A stretch of 18,657 nt of DNA from Hormiphora californensis (GCA_020137815.1 WFME01000026.1:1-18657), one strand, 5' to 3'; counted from the first letter of the stretch, positions 1 through 10,182 are shown. The notes: generated by a model not told the origin, from the sequence alone. A program made the numbers and translations.

Positions 1-8
1 TATTGCGT

Positions 9-2075
9 TCATCTGTGTTCCTTCTTTTCGATTGATTCATCTACAGCGTTCTGTATCTTGTCCTCAAGTGCTGCGAGTTCATCTTGGAAATCTTCAGTTT
101 TTGAGATGTTAACGTTGACAGAAGAATTTGCTCCAAGTCTTGCTTTTAACTTTCGCCTTCTCCTTTTCAGTGGTTCCAAGGGGCTGAATTTTCTCCGCTG
201 AATCTTCTGAGGGGTGTGCTTGATGGTGATTTGCAGAACAGTTAGAATGAAAAGTTCTTTGAATTTGTCACCAACAGGGTCTCCAGACTCTTCACATAAT
301 GTCTGCAGTTCGTCCCAGTCAACAGAAGCAATGTCCACATTCATTTCTTCAAAATTGGCTTTTGGAATGTCCAACCCTCGAAAACTCATGTGGTCCCACT
401 TTTTGATGGTATCTGCTGTCTTCATAAGGGGGTTTATCACCAGGGTACAGTCAACTATTCTGTGGTCAGAGATCTTTGTATCTTCAGTTGTCACAGTTGA
501 TACGTATTGTGGTGAGTTGGTCATTATAACATCCAGAATATTATTGCCTCTGGTTGGTTTGTCAACGACCTGAGTCAGGAAGTTTTCCTCGATGAAGTTC
601 ACAGTTCGTTGATAAGCTGCTATGTTAGCAGCAGCGGACGGTAGGGATTCTTCTTTCCAGTTGAACAATGGCAAGTTTAGATCGCCCATGATAAACATTT
701 CAGGGCTCCTTTCATTGGACAGGAGATCAATTTTATCTTGGAGATCGTTCATAACTGTGATGAAGGACTGGTCAGATGATTCGGGGGGACGGTAGATACA
801 TGAAAACAACATGTTTTTAGCTTTACTAAAAGCCAATACCAGACTGCATTCCCGGTCACTGAATGAGTATGCATAGCTGATTGGGATGTCTTCACGAATG
901 TATTAGGTCATTCGGTAAATATCTGGACAGGTATGTTTGTGAGAGAACGGAGCCAGATAGAGCCAAGCGACCTGTTCCAGCGTCTTCCTTGGACATTTTT
1001 AGGTTGGACTAGGGTGGTGGGAACCTTCGCCTGCTGGCAGTATTGCCTCACGAGCAATATGTTTCAATGCTACTCTAGCTGCCGCTTTATGCTAACTTTT
1101 AACTCAATTTTGGACCAATATGACCTACTTCCGGATAATTCGGAAAGTTTTTAACCCTATATATTGCTTATAAAATGCCTTGAGATACTCCATAAACCTT
1201 CCTGAAATTTTTGGATAAAATTTCTAGCATGGGGAAGCGATTTTCGCTAGATTTGGTAAAGCTAGATTTTAATTTTTTTACAAATGTTGAAAAAAGCCGC
1301 CATGAGCCAGGTATCCATTGACTGATCGTAATAAAACTAACATAGGACCTAGAAAATTTTATAAGCTAACATTTAACGTTGAATTCAAGTCATTTAGACG
1401 TTTAGAACGTACAAAAACGGCCATGAGATGCGCAAGGCGCAATTTTGGCAAAAATCCAATTTTAAAGGATGAAGATGGAATCTAAACACTTCAATTATGG
1501 TTGCATCATATTCAGGCTTAAAAAGTGATATAGGAACACTGGTCAAACCGATCATCTGTCCCCAATAGAGAAAATGCCATGACATATTCAATCATCCGTA
1601 GTGCCACAGTTTTTTCTTGCATAAAGCGGCAGCTAGAGTAGCATTGAAACATATTGCTCGTGAGGCAATACTGCCAGCAGGCGAAGGTTCCCACCATCCT
1701 AGTCCAACCTAAAAATGTCCACGGAAGACGCTGGAACAGGTCGCTTGGCTGTATCTGGCTCCGTTCTCTCACAAACATACCTGTCCAGATATTTACCGAA
1801 TGACCTAATATAACACACAACCTCCTCCTTTCCGATCAGGACGGTCAGAACGGAAGGTGCTGTATCCCTGCATTTTGATTTGGGCGTCTGCAATGTAGTT
1901 TTTCAACCATGACTCAGTTATTGCAAGGGCAACTGTCGGCGGTGAGTTTGGGTTGTTAAGCAAAACAGCCTCGATGAAGGGGAGTTTCCACCGAGTGTTC
2001 CCCCCAGCGGCCGGTGAAATACTTCTCCCATTTAGTAGGATAATCTTTGAGAGGGCAGTATAGTCGAATGTTTTA
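9..2075 (-). pseudogene. LINE ORF2 N-terminal APE (EEP) endonuclease, CR1/L2/Jockey-group, split by a MITE (pieces 1811-2075 and 9-902)
   Basis: After excising 903-1810 the frame reads KIILLNGRSISP...ALAITESWL...GYSTFRSDRPDRKGGGCVL|YIRED...CIYRPP...MGDLNLP...FLTQVVDKPTRGNNILDVIMTN...SDHRIV, which are canonical APE motifs. A stop at 9-11 comes before any RT domain. Confidence 0.93.
903..1808. mobile_element. MITE with 190-bp TIRs and TA target-site duplication (Tc1/mariner-type target)
   Basis: 903-1092 is the reverse complement of 1619-1808 (3 mismatches seen). TA at 901-902 and 1809-1810; removing the element restores the APE frame. Confidence 0.95.
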
Positions 2076-2914
2076 TTTAAGCGACAGGCCGCCGCGCACT
2101 CAATTAGTTAATTGGTCATATCTCCGGTTCCTGATGAGATAAAGACTCGATCCTGGTTGCGTTGGAAAGATAACATTTTTATCTTTCCAATGGCACCAAG
2201 AAAAAGTCGCTAGCTTATCAGGAACCGGAAATCGATTTCAAGCGCTGCATTTTGATGCGCGGCGGCCTGTCGCTTAAATAAAAAATTGGACTTTATTTGG
2301 GTCGGTAGTTGCCGATGTACTCCTTGAGTCATTGATATTCCTGTGGGTAGAGTGTACTGTACTGGCGGGTGTGCTTGTAAGTGGTGGGCCAGTTGGTTGT
2401 GCAGCATTGACTCGTTGTGGGTTGGACCAAGCTGGGAGAGAATTTCTTCCATTCTGTCCGCTTGCATCAGTGATTCTTCTCTCGCATTCCTGACCTCCTT
2501 CAAAACAATGCTCAGAAAACCCGATTGTAAGTGTCCAGGGTTTTGCTGCGAAACTGGTCGCAATGGTGAGCCGCTAAGAGGGAGTTGTTCATCCTGCACT
2601 CTCTCTCTGTGGTCAGTGGCGTGAGTGTTAGGTTGCTGTGTTGTCCTAACAACTTCCTGACGTTCTCGCCTTTCAGGGTTTTCCACTTTCCTTCGTGTAC
2701 CCTTGAGGTGGAGATGTGGGCAATCAGGGTTTAGGCACTGCCGCTCCTTCATTCTCCGCTGTGAGCCCTCACATAATTTTGGATGCAGTTTTGAGCACTT
2801 TGCACCCAACTTACACCCATGGCGTGAGTGAGATCCGTACAGCTTGAATTTTCTGCAGACTTTACGGTGGGTAAAACGGCAGGTTTTCCCATTCACTTCC
2901 TTTTTCCCGGATAC
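2032..2914 (-). pseudogene. LINE ORF1 C-terminal part with tandem CCCH-type zinc fingers, 5'-truncated by Penelope and interrupted by the MITE
   Basis: SGKKEVNGKTCRFTHRKVCRKFKLYG...GCKLGAKCSKLHPKLC...CLNPDCPHLHLKGTRR. With the MITE excised the ORF ends ...SNFLKHSTILPSQRLSY* (TAA at 2032-2034). It lies directly upstream of the APE on the same strand. Confidence 0.8.
2076..2278. mobile_element. Small ~200-bp foldback MITE, TA TSD
   Basis: TIR tttaagcgacaggccgccgcgca / tgcgcggcggcctgtcgcttaaa; internal inverted repeats ccggttcctga/tcaggaaccgg and ttggaaagata/tatctttccaa; TA at 2074-2075 and 2279-2280. Confidence 0.85.
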
Positions 2915-3765
2915 AAGAGAAGAGGCAACAGAACCAGCAATAGGAGTCTCCAAAATCTCTTTTCTCGACCTGACCGTTAGAACCACCAACAACGGAGGAG
3001 AAACATCTCTAACGTGGGAACTCTTTCAGAAGAGCACCCACAGTGGAAGCTACCTCAACTATCACTCCCACTGTGCAGAAGTTATAAAACTAAATATAAT
3101 CCGCACAGAAACAAAACGCATCCTCAACAGGCGTTCCACAGTTGACCTAGCATTCCCTCACCTTGAAAAACTGAGGGAAAATCTAGTCAACTCAGGCTAC
3201 CCGATAAAAACTGTTAGCTTGGAAATTGCGAAGCACCCGACTACAAGCCCGGCTCCACCAGATGCTGAAAAATCCAACAAAATATACATCATGAAACTGT
3301 GGTAACATCTTCGGGAAGGACTATTGCCAGCATGGTGAAAAACCATTACAACATCAAAGAAGAAAATAGTCAAAACTGTGAATGGCATTCACTGAATGCG
3401 AGCTGCATCAACATGGCATTCCATGCTCGACGGAAAACGTAGTGTACCGTGTACCGTGCAACCTATGCAACAACGGTACCTCCATAGGTGTGACGAGCCG
3501 CCCACTGAAACACCGGATCGCCGAGCACGAGACTCACACCAGACTGGGACATGTGGACTGCTCCGCAGTAGCAGAACATGCTAATGAGATGCACCCGGAG
3601 CTCATATACGGACAAGCAGGGAGAAGGGAATACGATGCCTTCTTCAATATTTTCAATTTTGATATAATAAATAAGGGTAGAGACCCCATAGACGCCTATC
3701 TCAGAGAGATTACACGACTAAGGCCACCACTGAACAAAATGTGCAACAACGGGTTCATTTTTTAG
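2914..3765 (+). mobile_element. Penelope-like retroelement fragment: RT thumb region plus GIY-YIG endonuclease, disrupted
   Basis: ISFLDLTV...FQKSTHSGSYLNYHSH...NLVNSGYP (RT C-terminus), then CSTENVVYRVPCNLC...IGVTSRPLKHRIAEH...SAVAEH...RLRPPLN (GIY-YIG). The linker is broken by a stop and frameshift. Confidence 0.9.
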
Positions 3766-4158
3766 TATTTTGTTGTAATAATTTCATGTGTAAATTAATG
3801 TAAATAAGATTTTTTTTGAAGGAGCAGTATCGTGGATTCGGTTGGTTGTTGTTTTTGGCTTCTGTTCATGTTGTGTGTGTTTGCCGTTTGGTCCAGTCTT
3901 TTACAATTTTGTGGTACCTACCTGCAGTACCAATACCTCCTGTACCAATACCTCCAGTACCGAATAGGTACTGGACGTATTGGTACAGAGGGCAGAAAGG
4001 AGGGGTCAAATGCCCTGTTTACCAACGATAGGTTAATGAGATCTCGTTGGTACATAGGGCATTTGACCCCCCTATTTCACCCTCTGTACCAACGAGTACA
4101 TACCAACCGTACCAATATGACATTCATGGTGAATAGTATGTAAAAATACTGTTCAATT

Positions 4159-5156
4159 GGAAATACATTTAGCTGAATGGTAGTTGCATAGATCTCGAAC
4201 TTGGGTTAATTCATTGCCAGAGAATTGCTATTAACCAGCACGACTCCAAACCGTTGGAACCATGTCATGGATGTAGGTGTGATGGGATAGGAGTAAGAAA
4301 TGAGCTCCTCTCCTCCGTTTCGTAGTGTTCTGTTGTCCTCAAACGAGCCTTGCAGCCTTGGGTCCGTTTTTTGTTGCAGTACCAGTATACCACTAACTTT
4401 TTTTGTTGCAGTACCACTAACGCTCCTGACTTTAGTGCTCTTGGTCTCCCGTCTCTCACAAAAAGTTGTCCCCCAACGGCTAATTGCTTCCCACCGCTAT
4501 TTCCAAGAACGACATTAACAGTATCGTCTTGCGGAAGTACTTCTTCAACTGAAAGATGAAGTTGTTTAATTCAACTGTAACTGCAGTAGCTAACTGTGCC
4601 ACATAAAGTGAGAGCGCCTTTGCTATTACACGAAGACCAAGCCCCAATCGGCCATCTCGTATTGCTAATTGGAGTTACACACTGCAACCCGAGGAGCTGT
4701 ACGCTAACACCAAGTCCAACTAACCGAAGCTAAGGGCGTATGCTATGGGGGGAGGGTGGATTCAAATTGGAGTGATAAGAAAGTAAACACTTACGATGTT
4801 CGTTAGCGGCAGAAGTAGCAGAATAATCATTTGAAATCGGCACTGAAGGTGATTCTGCATCTAACTCCAAAATCGATGCAACGTCAAAAGTAGGGCTAGG
4901 ATTGACTGTACCGCTTACTTAGGCTATCATAATCAGCAAACTGGGAAGGCGGTTCAATGATACCGGATCGCGTCTAGTCAATATTATGACATGGCTCCAA
5001 CATAATTTCACATATCACAATGATACCGGATCACGTCTAGTCCAATTTTAAACAGTTAATTAGCTTTGAAGTCGAGCTGGTTAATAGCAATTCTATTGCA
5101 ATGAGTTAACCCAAGTTCGAGATCTATGCAACTACCATTCGGCTAAATACATTTCC
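4159..5156. mobile_element. Non-autonomous MULE-like element with ~92-bp TIRs
   Basis: 4159-4250 (ggaaatacatttagctgaatggtagttgcatagatctcgaacttggg...) is mirrored at ~5065-5156. It carries a FLYWCH-like remnant and an internal 25-bp direct repeat (4955-4979, 5018-5042). No clean TSD found. Confidence 0.75.
4265..4570 (-). pseudogene. FLYWCH-type zinc-finger remnant (MULE transposase N-terminus)
   Basis: GNSGGKQLAVGGQLFVRDG...VVYWYCNKKRTQGCKARLRT...PSHLHP fits the F/Y..YWxC..C..HxH pattern. It contains a small internal duplication and no DDE core. Confidence 0.7.
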
Positions 5157-5326
5157 AGGACAAAATAATCTAAAATAAACAAAAATGAAATTTATTAAAA
5201 CAATACCTTTAACTTATTAAATATTACCTAATTTATTATCTACATTACCCTATTGATTGATTTAGTATGACTCTGCGGCGTAAGCGTCTACTTAGACCTG
5301 CCTCTAATCTGCTCTATATACACTTA

Positions 5327-7037
5327 CAGGCAATTTTGCATTTGCGGGCATCGCACTATAGACGCAGTACCCACGTACTATAGACGCATTATAAACGCAT
5401 TATAAACGCATTATAGACGCATTATAGACACACGCATTATAGACGCAATTTCGTAAGCAGCACTATAGACGCAATATAGACGCATTATAACAGCAATATA
5501 AACGCATTTTTATAGACGCGACGCAGTATAGCCGCATTATAGGCGCACTACCCACCCCAAAATCACCTTATAGACACACTATAGACGCATTATAGACTGA
5601 CTATAGCAGCACCATAAACGCTACATAGACCCATATAGACGCATGATAGAAGCATTATAGACGCAAATCGCTTTTTATAGACGCCGCGTCTATAAAAACG
5701 TGCTTTTTTAAGAAGCACTATAGACGTACTCAGACGCACGCTGCCATATTTGAGGCGCAGTTGGGCGAACTATAAACGCATTTTTGTCGCATATAAAAGG
5801 AAGCAGTATAGACGCATTATAGACGCATTATAGACGCATGTGCGCGATATCGATAAAGACGCAATATAGACGCAATTAATAAGAAGGAGAGGGAGAGAGA
5901 CTAGATCAGGGAGGGAGAGAGGGAGGGAGAGGGAAGGAGAGGGAAAGAGGGAGGGATACAGAGACAGATCAGACAGAGACAGATGGACACAGATCTGAGA
6001 CAGACGGACAGAGTAAGAGGGAGGGAGGGAGGGAGAGGAGGGAGGGAGAGGAGGAAGGGAGAGGAGGGAGGGAGAGGAGGGAGGGAGGGAGAGGGAAGGA
6101 GAGGGAGGGACTGAGGGAGGAGTACAGGGACAGAAACAGACGGATAAAGACCTGAGACAGAAGGACAGAGTAAGATGGAGAGAGATTAAGATGGAGAGTG
6201 GAGAGAGAGAGTGAGACAGAGAGGGAGATAGTAATTAAGCGCGTGTTTGTCCGTCCGTCTGTCTCTGTCCGTTTGTTTCCATCTCTGTCTTTTTCTGTCT
6301 CACTCTTTTTATGTCTCACTCCGTCCCTATATCACTATCTTTCCATCTTACTCTCTTTCCATCTTACTCTGTCCTTCCGTCTCAGGTCTTTATCCGTCTG
6401 TTTCTGTCCCTGTACCCCTCCCTCAGTCCCTCCCTCTCCTTCCCTCTCCCTCCCTCCCTCGCCTCTCTCTCCCTCTCCTTTTTATTTTGCGTCTATATTG
6501 CGTCTTTATCGATTTCGCACACATGCGGCTATAATGCGTCTATAATGCGTCTATACTGCTTCCTTTTATATGCGACAAAAATGCGTTTATAAAACGCCCA
6601 ACTGCGCCTCAAATATCGCACTGTAGCCTGGAGTACGTCTAAAGTGCTTCTTTAAAAAGCACGTTTTTTATAGACGCGGCGTCTATAAAAAGCGATTTGC
6701 GTCTATAATGCTTCTATCATGCGTCTATATGGGTCTATGTAGCGTTTATGGTGCTGCTATAGTCAGTCTATAATGCGTCTATAGTGCGTCTATAAGGTGA
6801 TTTTGGGGTGGGTAGTGCGCCTATAATGCGGCTATACTGCGTCGCGTCTATAAAAATGCGTTTATGTTGCTGTTATAATGCGTCTATATTGCGTCTATAG
6901 TGCTGCTTATGAAATTGCGTCTATATTGCGTGTGTCTATAATGCGTCTATAATGCGTTTATAATGCGTTTATAATGCGTCTATAGTACGTGGGTAATGCG
7001 TCTATAGTGCGATGCCCGCAAATGCAAAATTGCCCTA
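5327..7037. mobile_element. 1.7-kb foldback element; arms built from tandem TATAGACGCA subrepeats around an AG-rich/CT-rich centre
   Basis: Termini caggcaattttgcatttgcgggcatcgcac / gtgcgatgcccgcaaatgcaaaattgccct. The arms mirror each other for about 550 bp, and ~6070-6190 mirrors ~6340-6460. TA on both flanks. Confidence 0.9.
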
Positions 7038-7155
7038 TATACAGGGACTTATATATATTTATATTTTTATGTGTGCTACTTTTCCTGTATATATTGCAGA
7101 TTAGTTTCAAATCAAATCAATTAAACAGTATTATTTTTTTTACATACTATTCACC

Positions 7156-7271
7156 TAGTTGTCTCATATAAGACCGTCCTCTTCGCACCTAGCGGCTACG
7201 TGAGGCCGGTGCGAAGAGGACGGTCTTATATGTGCACCGAGGTTGCCTGGTGTACAGTCAGTGTCTGCCAA
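7156..7271. mobile_element. Short hAT-like MITE with 8-bp TSD TATTCACC and a 25-bp perfect hairpin
   Basis: TATTCACC at 7148-7155 and 7272-7279; hairpin arms 7165-7189 and 7208-7232; the uninterrupted site survives in the opposite arm of the host element (~4128-4158). Confidence 0.75.
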
Positions 7272-7418
7272 TATTCACCATGAATGTCATATTGGTACGG
7301 TTGGTATGTACTCGTTGGTACAGAGGGTGAAATAGGGGGGTCAAATGCCCTGTGTACAAAATTGAATCACACCCGCAGTACCAATACCTCCTGTACCAAT
7401 ACCTCCAGTACTGAATAG

Positions 7419-7457
7419 CATTATTGATAATGGCCGTACAGCCGAAACGTCTAAATG
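7419..7457 (+). ncRNA. Minimal type-I hammerhead ribozyme motif of Penelope type (U3-A8 core variant)
   Basis: UUGAUAA (7424-7430), U, GGC-cguaca-GCC (stem II), then GAAACGUC (7444-7451) with palindromic ACGU stem III. Stem I (CAUUA/UAAAUG) is imperfect. Confidence 0.6.
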
Positions 7458-7722
7458 AGCGTCTTCGATGTCATGTCACACCCGCCAACACCATTGGTGT
7501 GAACAATGAAACCAAGAAATAATACCCCATCAGCCTCCACCATCTCCAAACTCTGAAAATAGGCTGTAGCAAAAATATGAATTCGACTTTAGGGCTAAAA
7601 TTGCATATTTGAGGTCCATTTTGTATGACCTAAACCTTAGTAAAGTCATTTGGTTGGGCACTCGATGATGAAAAACGCCAGGTGTACCCTTATTATTAAA
7701 CAGGAGTTCCCCGAGAGTAATA

Positions 7723-7843
7723 ATAATATCTCAGTGATGGATGTGTCGATTTTGAGCGGCAAAAAGGCAAAATGCTCATAGAACTAATCTCTACAACCTC
7801 CAACAAACTTGTCCAATTCTGATTCTGTCCACTCTCACTTTAA
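7723..7843. mobile_element. Kolobok-like element end (TTAA target), copy 1
   Basis: Ends ...ctctcact-TTAA (reverse complement TTAA-AGTGAGAG); ~120 bp shared with 9462-9585. Confidence 0.6.
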
Positions 7844-7861
7844 ATTGTGTTGATTTTCCGG

Positions 7862-8064
7862 GTACCAAAACTCCAACTGTAGGAACCGTTTTCGGTAAAG
7901 ACAAGCAATGGCAGCAGCAATCCACTGGACTGTCCGATTCCACATTTAGTGATCTCTTGTCCAGTGTCAACTTTACTTCAAACCAGCCGCCAGCCAAGCC
8001 TGCCACCCTTCAAGAGCAGAGAAGGGATGAACTAGAAAAAACAGTTGATCCCGTAAAACTGAAG
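7862..8064 (+). CDS. GAK: Auxilin/GAK exon just upstream of the J-domain (5' boundary uncertain: 7862 or 7883)
   Basis: ...STFSDLLSSVNFTSNQPPAKPATLQEQRRDELEKTVDPVKLK resembles the auxilin/GAK segment FEDLLS..GF....KTIAEMRK..LAK..DPLKLK as I recall it. Phase-0 GT donor at 8065. Confidence 0.85.
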
Positions 8065-8237
8065 GTACAGTAGAGACAGCGTGTTTATAGATTTAGCAGG
8101 CTTTTCCATCCCCCGCCCCGAAAAAGTGGGCCTGCTAGTCAACAGCATAGATATCAACAATAACTTTATGTTAGTATAATTTGTTATGTTCTAACCCTCC
8201 TTTACATTTGTAAACACAGTCTAGCTAGGCAAAGTAT

Positions 8238-8439
8238 AATTATACCAAAACTAATTGAAATTAGTAGGCCGGAAAGGTTGCCCTATGATTTGAGCTACCT
8301 TCTCCACCGTAACATTCACGGGGTACAGACAGGGTATGGCAGATGCTTACTTCAAAAGGGAATGTACTGGTGCCAAAGGTAGCTCAAATCATAGGGCAAC
8401 CTTTCCAGCCTACTAATTTCAATTAGTTTTGGTATAATT
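8238..8439. mobile_element. Foldback/MITE with 64-bp inverted arms
   Basis: 8238-8301 is the reverse complement of 8376-8439 (1 mismatch), with a 74-bp spacer. Confidence 0.75.
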
Positions 8440-8475
8440 TGCATCATTTTTGGGATTTTTATTCATTTAGATGTA

Positions 8476-9214
8476 GGGTAAGCTGGGGTGAAATGGCCCG
8501 CGGGGTAAAGTGGCCCATGTATGGGGCAAAGTGGCCCTAGTTATTACATGTGGTCACGTGACTTTTTCTCCAGCGGAGACCTGCTCGTTCTGTTCCGAAT
8601 TTTCGCTTTGAAACTGCTGTCATTTCTGTTTGGGTTGGCCGATTTTAATTTTGCAAAAACTGCCAGTTAGGCTTTATAATTCTCTAAAACGTGGTATAAA
8701 AATTTTTGAAGAAATTGGCATTTTTGTTGTCTTAATTGTCAATTTTGTGAAATCGGGGCGAATATGGCCCACTCTCCGGGGCAAAGTGGTCCGGTCCGGG
8801 GCAAAGTGGCCCACCTCTAGGACCAATGAAATGGCGCCTGCAATACCACGTGATATTGGAATGCACAAAAATGTAGTACAGACAAAGTGGCCCATGTTCC
8901 GGTGCAGAACATGGGCCACTTTGCCCCTAGTTTGATCGTTTCGTCTAACAACACCAGGCACGTGATAAAATCGAGCAATGCTATTGGCTTGGGCCACTTT
9001 GCCCCGGTGCAAATTTTCCAAAAAACGCCTCACCAAATTATTTGAATTGATTAATTAACCCATTAAATAAAACTTGTAAATATTAAAATTTAGCTCGGCT
9101 GAAAGGAAAAGGTTTCATTGGATAGCCTATATAATTTTTTTCTTCCTGCTGTATAAATTGCGTATTTTAGAACCTAAAACGTTAAAAGTGGGCCACTTTT
9201 ACCCCAGCTTACCC
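8476..9214. mobile_element. TA-TSD MITE (pogo/mariner-like) with GGGGCAAAGTGGCCC subrepeats
   Basis: TA-gggtaagctggggt ... accccagcttaccc-TA, with many internal copies of the motif in both orientations. Confidence 0.9.
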
Positions 9215-9267
9215 TAGTAGAACAGGTACAGAGAGGATGGAAACGAGAAATTGAGAAAATTTCATTT

Positions 9268-9329
9268 TGACGTCATTTTGACGTCATAAAATGACGTCAC
9301 GACGTTATGACGTCACAATTATGACGTCA
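9268..9329. repeat. Cluster of five perfect TGACGTCA palindromes (CRE consensus)
   Basis: TGACGTCA at 9268, 9279, 9292, 9308 and 9322, plus one degenerate copy at 9300; probably internal to the Kolobok-like element. Confidence 0.85.
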
Positions 9330-9461
9330 TATCATCGGGATTACCTAGATGAAGATACTGACCAAGTTTGAGATCAATTGGATAAGATTTGAGCCCGCTA
9401 TGGCGAAAAAAAAACCATATCGTCATATCTATTTTTAAACACTTCAGACGCGTTTTAATAT

Positions 9462-9585
9462 AATAAAAATATCTCAGTGATAGATGGGTCGATTTTGAGC
9501 GGCAAAAAGGCAAAATGCTCATAGAAATAGTCTCTACTACCTACAACAAACTTGTCCAATTCTGATTCTGTCACTCTCACTTTAA
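9462..9585. mobile_element. Kolobok-like element end (TTAA target), copy 2
   Basis: Highly similar to 7723-7843; TTAA at 9582-9585. Confidence 0.6.
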
Positions 9586-9601
9586 AATCACACAGTATAT
9601 A

Positions 9602-9775
9602 CACTGTGAGCAAGCGGGTGGTTTTTTTTCGGGAGATTTTTGTCGAGATTTTTTTCGGGATGGATGGGGCCACCTTTGCGCTTGCCAGCGTAGTGATATA
9701 CGCTGTTAGCAAGCGTTTTTTTTTTCGGGGGATGGATGGGGCCACCCGGTCACATTTGCTCTTGTCAGCGCAGTG
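9602..9775. mobile_element. Two tandem tiny CAC...GTG-ended elements (9602-9695, 9701-9775), Transib-like
   Basis: Unit 1 cactgtgagcaagcg...cgcttgccagcgtagtg is flanked by ATATA on both sides (5-bp TSD); unit 2 is a diverged copy. Confidence 0.6.
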
Positions 9776-9861
9776 ATTTTTCAATGCAACTTAAGTTTGC
9801 ACCGAAAGTATGTAGTGCGATGTTGTTTGAGTTCACACCGGTGTTATAATCTACTTAAAAC

Positions 9862-10150
9862 TTGTCTCATATAAGACCCTCCTCTTCGCACCCCAAAAGG
9901 TCTACTTGGATCTGAAACGTGCCGCAAAAACCAAATGCTATCGCTCGCCAACTCTTCTCTCTCTATAGCCTAAATGCGTCTCTCACGCACCGTGGGAAAG
10001 TCGCGAGAAGCTTTTTTACAAGAACGAGTGCTTCTAAAGAGTTGAAACTGTGTATATGCCGCGTGTTGATCTTTGTGCGTGCTAAAGCTGTGTCTGGGGT
10101 CTGACTGTGCATCGAGGTTGTGCGATGTACAGTCAGTGTCTGACAACCTA
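9862..10150. mobile_element. Longer relative of the 7156-7271 element
   Basis: Shares the 5' block ttgtctcatataagacc.tcctcttcgcacc and the 3' block tgtgca.cgaggttg...tgtacagtcagtgtctg.caa. Confidence 0.7.
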
Positions 10151-10182
10151 AAACCCTGTAATAGGAAATACTTCATCTGCAG

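Larger units (their letters stand above)
3912..7418. mobile_element. Large composite element with complex inverted arms (left ~3912-4158, right ~7118-7418) enclosing three nested insertions
   Basis: 4050-4135 is the reverse complement of 7272-7357 (86 bp, 1 mismatch). The match continues inward (4136-4158 vs ~7118-7147) once the 7156-7271 insertion is removed. There is also a 48-bp direct repeat at 3920-3967 and 7371-7418. Confidence 0.65.

Noticed and set aside
933-1820. Mirror-image ORF pair (also 16563-16745 with 17161-17394, and the duplicate 13391-13600 with 16038-16247)
   Set aside because: By-products of TIRs or duplicated MITEs, with no recognisable protein motifs.
2131-2170. CTGATGAG resembling a hammerhead core
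   Set aside because: No correctly placed GAAA after a stem II; it is one arm of a MITE internal inverted repeat.
2210-2992. 260-aa ORF as a single gene
   Set aside because: Chimeric: the N-terminus is antisense Penelope and the C-terminus reads into a MITE; only the middle is LINE ORF1.
5969-6592. S/L/P-rich ORFs
   Set aside because: Translations of AG/CT low-complexity DNA.
5355-7010. CRISPR-like array of recurring short repeats
   Set aside because: Units are ~10 bp, irregularly spaced, mirrored in two arms and lack unique spacers; the context is eukaryotic with no cas genes.
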